A stretch of 46,018 bases of DNA from positions 1-46,018 of the forward strand of contig CAVPXM010000033.1 in assembly GCA_963709405.1 (NCBI GenBank), in the 5' to 3' direction. Each line of letters starts with the position of its first letter. Positions within the stretch are counted from its first letter, which is position 1. The stretch comes from an uncultured Nitrososphaerales archaeon. Its GTDB lineage: Archaea > Thermoproteota > Nitrososphaeria > Nitrososphaerales > Nitrososphaeraceae. Shown piece by piece: positions 42,745 through 46,018 of the stretch. The notes under the pieces were generated by a model. It ran no database searches. It had not been told where the DNA came from and saw only the letters and a list, made by a program, of their open reading frames with translations. A program made the translations under genes and the position numbers.

Positions 42745-43688
42745 AATTGCTCTAATTCAGAGTGGCTATGCAAACTATATATTAATTTAATGTCAGTCGA
42801 AGGGTCAATTAAAGTTCGTTAGATACTTAGTGTGCTCCTTGGATAGCTAAAGGTACTATCACCATTCCATCCATCCATAAGTACAGTATTGAGAATTAAT
42901 TAGGTGTTCCTGGGTGTCGTAACGTTATGCTTCTAGGAACAATAGGATACTATTGTATGGGTTGGGATTTTCTGAAAAGATTCGATAAGCCTAACAAAGT
43001 TCCAGCTCCGCTATGAGGAACCCGTCGGTTAAAAATGTAGTCTTTCTCTAGTTTTTCTTTAAACTCTAAAATTATAAGAAGACGTCGCCAATTCTGCAAT
43101 TGAATAGCCTAGTTTAAAACCTTCTTTGTTCTTATCTGAGGATTCGCTTTTTTGAGTTATCTTGGTCTTTATCAGAGTACGGTTTCTAAAAAAACATTCC
43201 ATAATATCTTCATATTTATATCGTAAGATTAGATAATGAGGGTTTGATTGTTAATTTCATTACCGTGTAAATGCATAATAGTTTGGAAATAGACTCTATC
43301 TTATGATAGACAGGCAATTGACAGATATTTTATTGTCTTGATCTAGCTGGAAATCTTATTTCTTATACTTGATAGATCTAAATGAAATGCAGCGCGTCAC
43401 GAGTCCGATCACAAATTAGACTTGTACAATCATTAACGAAATTATCGCAGCCGCAATTATATGATAGGATGTGCTTTTTATAAGAAAATAAGGAAAATTG
43501 ATGGCAACATTAGCATATAGTATTTAACAGCAGACATAGAGTATTATGATAATTACAAACAATGCTATTCCTTTGAGGAAAGAATGTTTCTTATGAAATG
43601 AATCACACTAAAAAGTGTAGTAGAGGTAATAAACTCAATTCTACATTAGATTATTTACAAGGCACGACTTGTGATAAATTTGTTATCG

Positions 43689-44084
43689 CTATTGCATTTG
43701 ATTTTCCATTATACTGACATACTTCTCCACTATAACGTTCAGTTTCGACATTAATATTGGCTTTGATATAAATTCATCTACTTTGACAGATGATATAACA
43801 TTTTTTAATTCTTCGTTATTAATTTCGAATGCAGTCATCAAAAGGATCTTAATATCAGGCTTTATTTCTTTAATTTTTATTGCAAACTCAATTCCATTCA
43901 TACCTGGCATTCGAAAATCCGAGATAACCAAGACGTACTTCGTAACATTCATCTCAAAATCCTTTAATGCCAGATGAGGATCTGTGAACCCAATGACGCT
44001 AAAACCACATCTTTGTAAGCTACGTGTAATCAAAGAGGATATATCACGATTGTCGTCTAATGTTAATATGGACCTAGAATGCAA
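43689..44084 (-). CDS. Stand-alone response regulator receiver (CheY-like)
   Basis: ILTLDDN, LVISDFRMPGMNG, LLMTAF, FISKP. Confidence 0.92.
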   Translation of the reverse strand: MHSRSILTLDDNRDISSLITRSLQRCGFSVIGFTDPHLALKDFEMNVTKYVLVISDFRMPGMNGIEFAIKIKEIKPDIKILLMTAFEINNEELKNVISSVKVDEFISKPILMSKLNVIVEKYVSIMENQMQ

Positions 44085-44333
44085 CTTTTGTCCACCTCGC
44101 TCGGACAGTTTGTCTCCTTTGTACCAGATGTGATTAATACAGCCAATTGCAAAATAATCATAAGATATAATATTAGTATCGTCATATTAAAGACTAGTGA
44201 GCGTTTATTCTGCACTTGTTGGTTTTTTTTGCTATTTATTTTTATTTTATGGTTTTAAATATCGCTTCTAGGCCTTTAGAAATATTTATATGAGCTAGTG
44301 TATATAAAGACCACTAAACTGGAATGAAGATCC

Positions 44334-44840
44334 ATGTTAAAAAGGAGCGCTCCTAGTCCTAACGGCGATATCTCAAGCTCTTTATCAAGGATTGATAAGG
44401 AAATATTAAAAATCCTTCTTAATCCGGACGGAAAGCTAGGCTCCCAAATTCTATCACAGAAATTGGGAATTCCGTTAACTACTATTCAGAGAAGGCGTAA
44501 ACATTTGGAAGACGAATATCTCTTGTACTCTTGCACACTTGATATTGAAAGATTTGGCTGGAGGCGCGTAGACTTATTAATATCTACTAGAAGCGGAAAG
44601 ACTGATTCTATAGCACAGCAATTACTGTTGAATCAAGAAGTAACGTATGTTGGCAAAAGTATTGGCGAGCATACGATTGACTTGAGAGCTGAGATAGTAG
44701 TGAAGGACAACTCCGAACTGCTAGATGTGCTTGAAAAGGTGAAGGCTATGGAAGGAGTTAATGATGTAATCTGGAGCGAAATTGTCCATGTAATGGGAAC
44801 GAAAATGTCTGTACCAAGTCACATTATTGATAAGTTGTAA
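44334..44840 (+). CDS. Lrp/AsnC-family transcriptional regulator
   Basis: LSRIDKEILKIL...LSQKLGIPLTTIQRRRKHLE HTH plus a RAM-like domain (SIGEHTIDL...AMEGV). Confidence 0.9.
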   Translation: MLKRSAPSPNGDISSSLSRIDKEILKILLNPDGKLGSQILSQKLGIPLTTIQRRRKHLEDEYLLYSCTLDIERFGWRRVDLLISTRSGKTDSIAQQLLLNQEVTYVGKSIGEHTIDLRAEIVVKDNSELLDVLEKVKAMEGVNDVIWSEIVHVMGTKMSVPSHIIDKL

Positions 44841-46018
44841 ACTTTGATTTTTTAGGAATCCCATCTTAAATTCTCAAAACTATCCTGGCTTCCGATTGGT
44901 TGGGTGGTACTTATCGTTCTGAATAAGAATCCCAATTCAATTCAACAGGAAGAAAGAGTAATTAACTTTTCTAGTTTTTGATCTTGGTTGCAGGTATCAG
45001 GAGAAACACACAAACATAACAAGCTGTTACTTTACCTATATTATCAGAAACGTCAGGAACAGCATTATCAAGTGGCATTTGCAATATTTCTAATAATAAC
45101 AACCAAGCACATGTAGAGGCACAACAATAGCAGATAAAGATTAACAACGTAGGGGAACCATAGTTGAATTTATAAATGCAGAATCAATAATTTGCGCACC
45201 TAAACAAAATACTTTAATTGTTTTTAGTATAGATGGAAAACCTGTTAAAAAAGATCAGAGCGGTTCATCTCCAAGGTCTCCCTTACTAACTAGAGGGTGG
45301 TTGAATTACATTGAGTTTGACCATATCATCCAAGACATACGACAGTTATAATAATAGCAAATTGTATGTTTATGGGATAAGAGATCTTGTCCAGATAGAT
45401 AATGCTAGTTGACAAGTGATCAAGTTCTCCTCTTGACTATGTTGCATCTATCGATAAGGACGTATCTATATAGATGATACAGGAACAAATACCATCTATG
45501 AACTAGATGCGAACCTTAAGAACTGTTCATTTTCTCAACTTTGGTAACAAACGCTAGGTAGAAATTTCAAATGGTTTATTTGTTGATGATATTAAGATAC
45601 ACTAATTGTCGCTCCCTTTGGAATAGATATCAGGAAATCTGCAATGAATGAAGCGTGTTGAGTTATAAAATAAGTCAGTCTGAGATAACTAACTTGTAGG
45701 TTGTAAGTGGGTCCTATAGATTAGGTTTACCTTATCTGTAAAAGTTTATGCTCAATCTCATGCCTTGAACATTATTTTATTATTCCTGTGTTTGGTAGAG
45801 CAGGTATTATATTTGCATAACAATTTTGATAAAGAACTTTCAGCTGTTAGTAATTAGTAATATTTGGGTAAGTCGTTAAAGTGATAGGTTAGAGGCTGCA
45901 TTTTTTATCTGACATGCCTTAATTCGCAAAATGACAAGTTGTCTAAGCTTTCTGCGATAGGGCGAGAGGATATCTCATTTCTGAGCAATATATCGTTTGT
46001 ACCAACCTCTTTTAAAAT

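Noticed and set aside
44850-46018. Terminal 1.2 kb
   Set aside because: No ORF of 60 aa or more, and no repeat or RNA structure I can support.

Overview
An AT-rich, gene-sparse archaeal window, most consistent with a soil ammonia-oxidising archaeon (Nitrososphaeraceae). This assignment is inferred from the gene families and from TATA boxes close to start codons. It is an accessory stress/signalling region: phasin-like, PsbP-like, GYD, VOC, UspA, class III nucleotide cyclase, SAM methyltransferases, macrodomain, zinc-binding proteins, GT4, AbrB, a PolB2 module (arCOG07300-like small protein + PolB2), a YegS-type lipid kinase, and a CBS/CBS/P-II/SRPBCC/M50-CBS/receiver/Lrp cluster. It also holds three IS remnants (two IS5-family, one IS6) and many disrupted genes. 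I found no rRNA, tRNA or CRISPR array. The most notable unexplained signals are: (1) an orphan, highly structured ~150-nt element at 9.5-9.65 kb that ends like an IS200/IS605 TnpB omega/reRNA but has no tnpB nearby; (2) +1 frameshifts that recur at GCWGC motifs, possibly a methylation-linked sequencing artefact; (3) a family of small secreted proteins built from N-glycosylation-sequon repeats; (4) a 72-bp duplicated promoter-like module, one copy followed by twin palindromes; (5) a GATC cluster; (6) a virus-like run of overlapping Cys-rich micro-ORFs. All calls come from reading the sequence by eye; no database searches were run.
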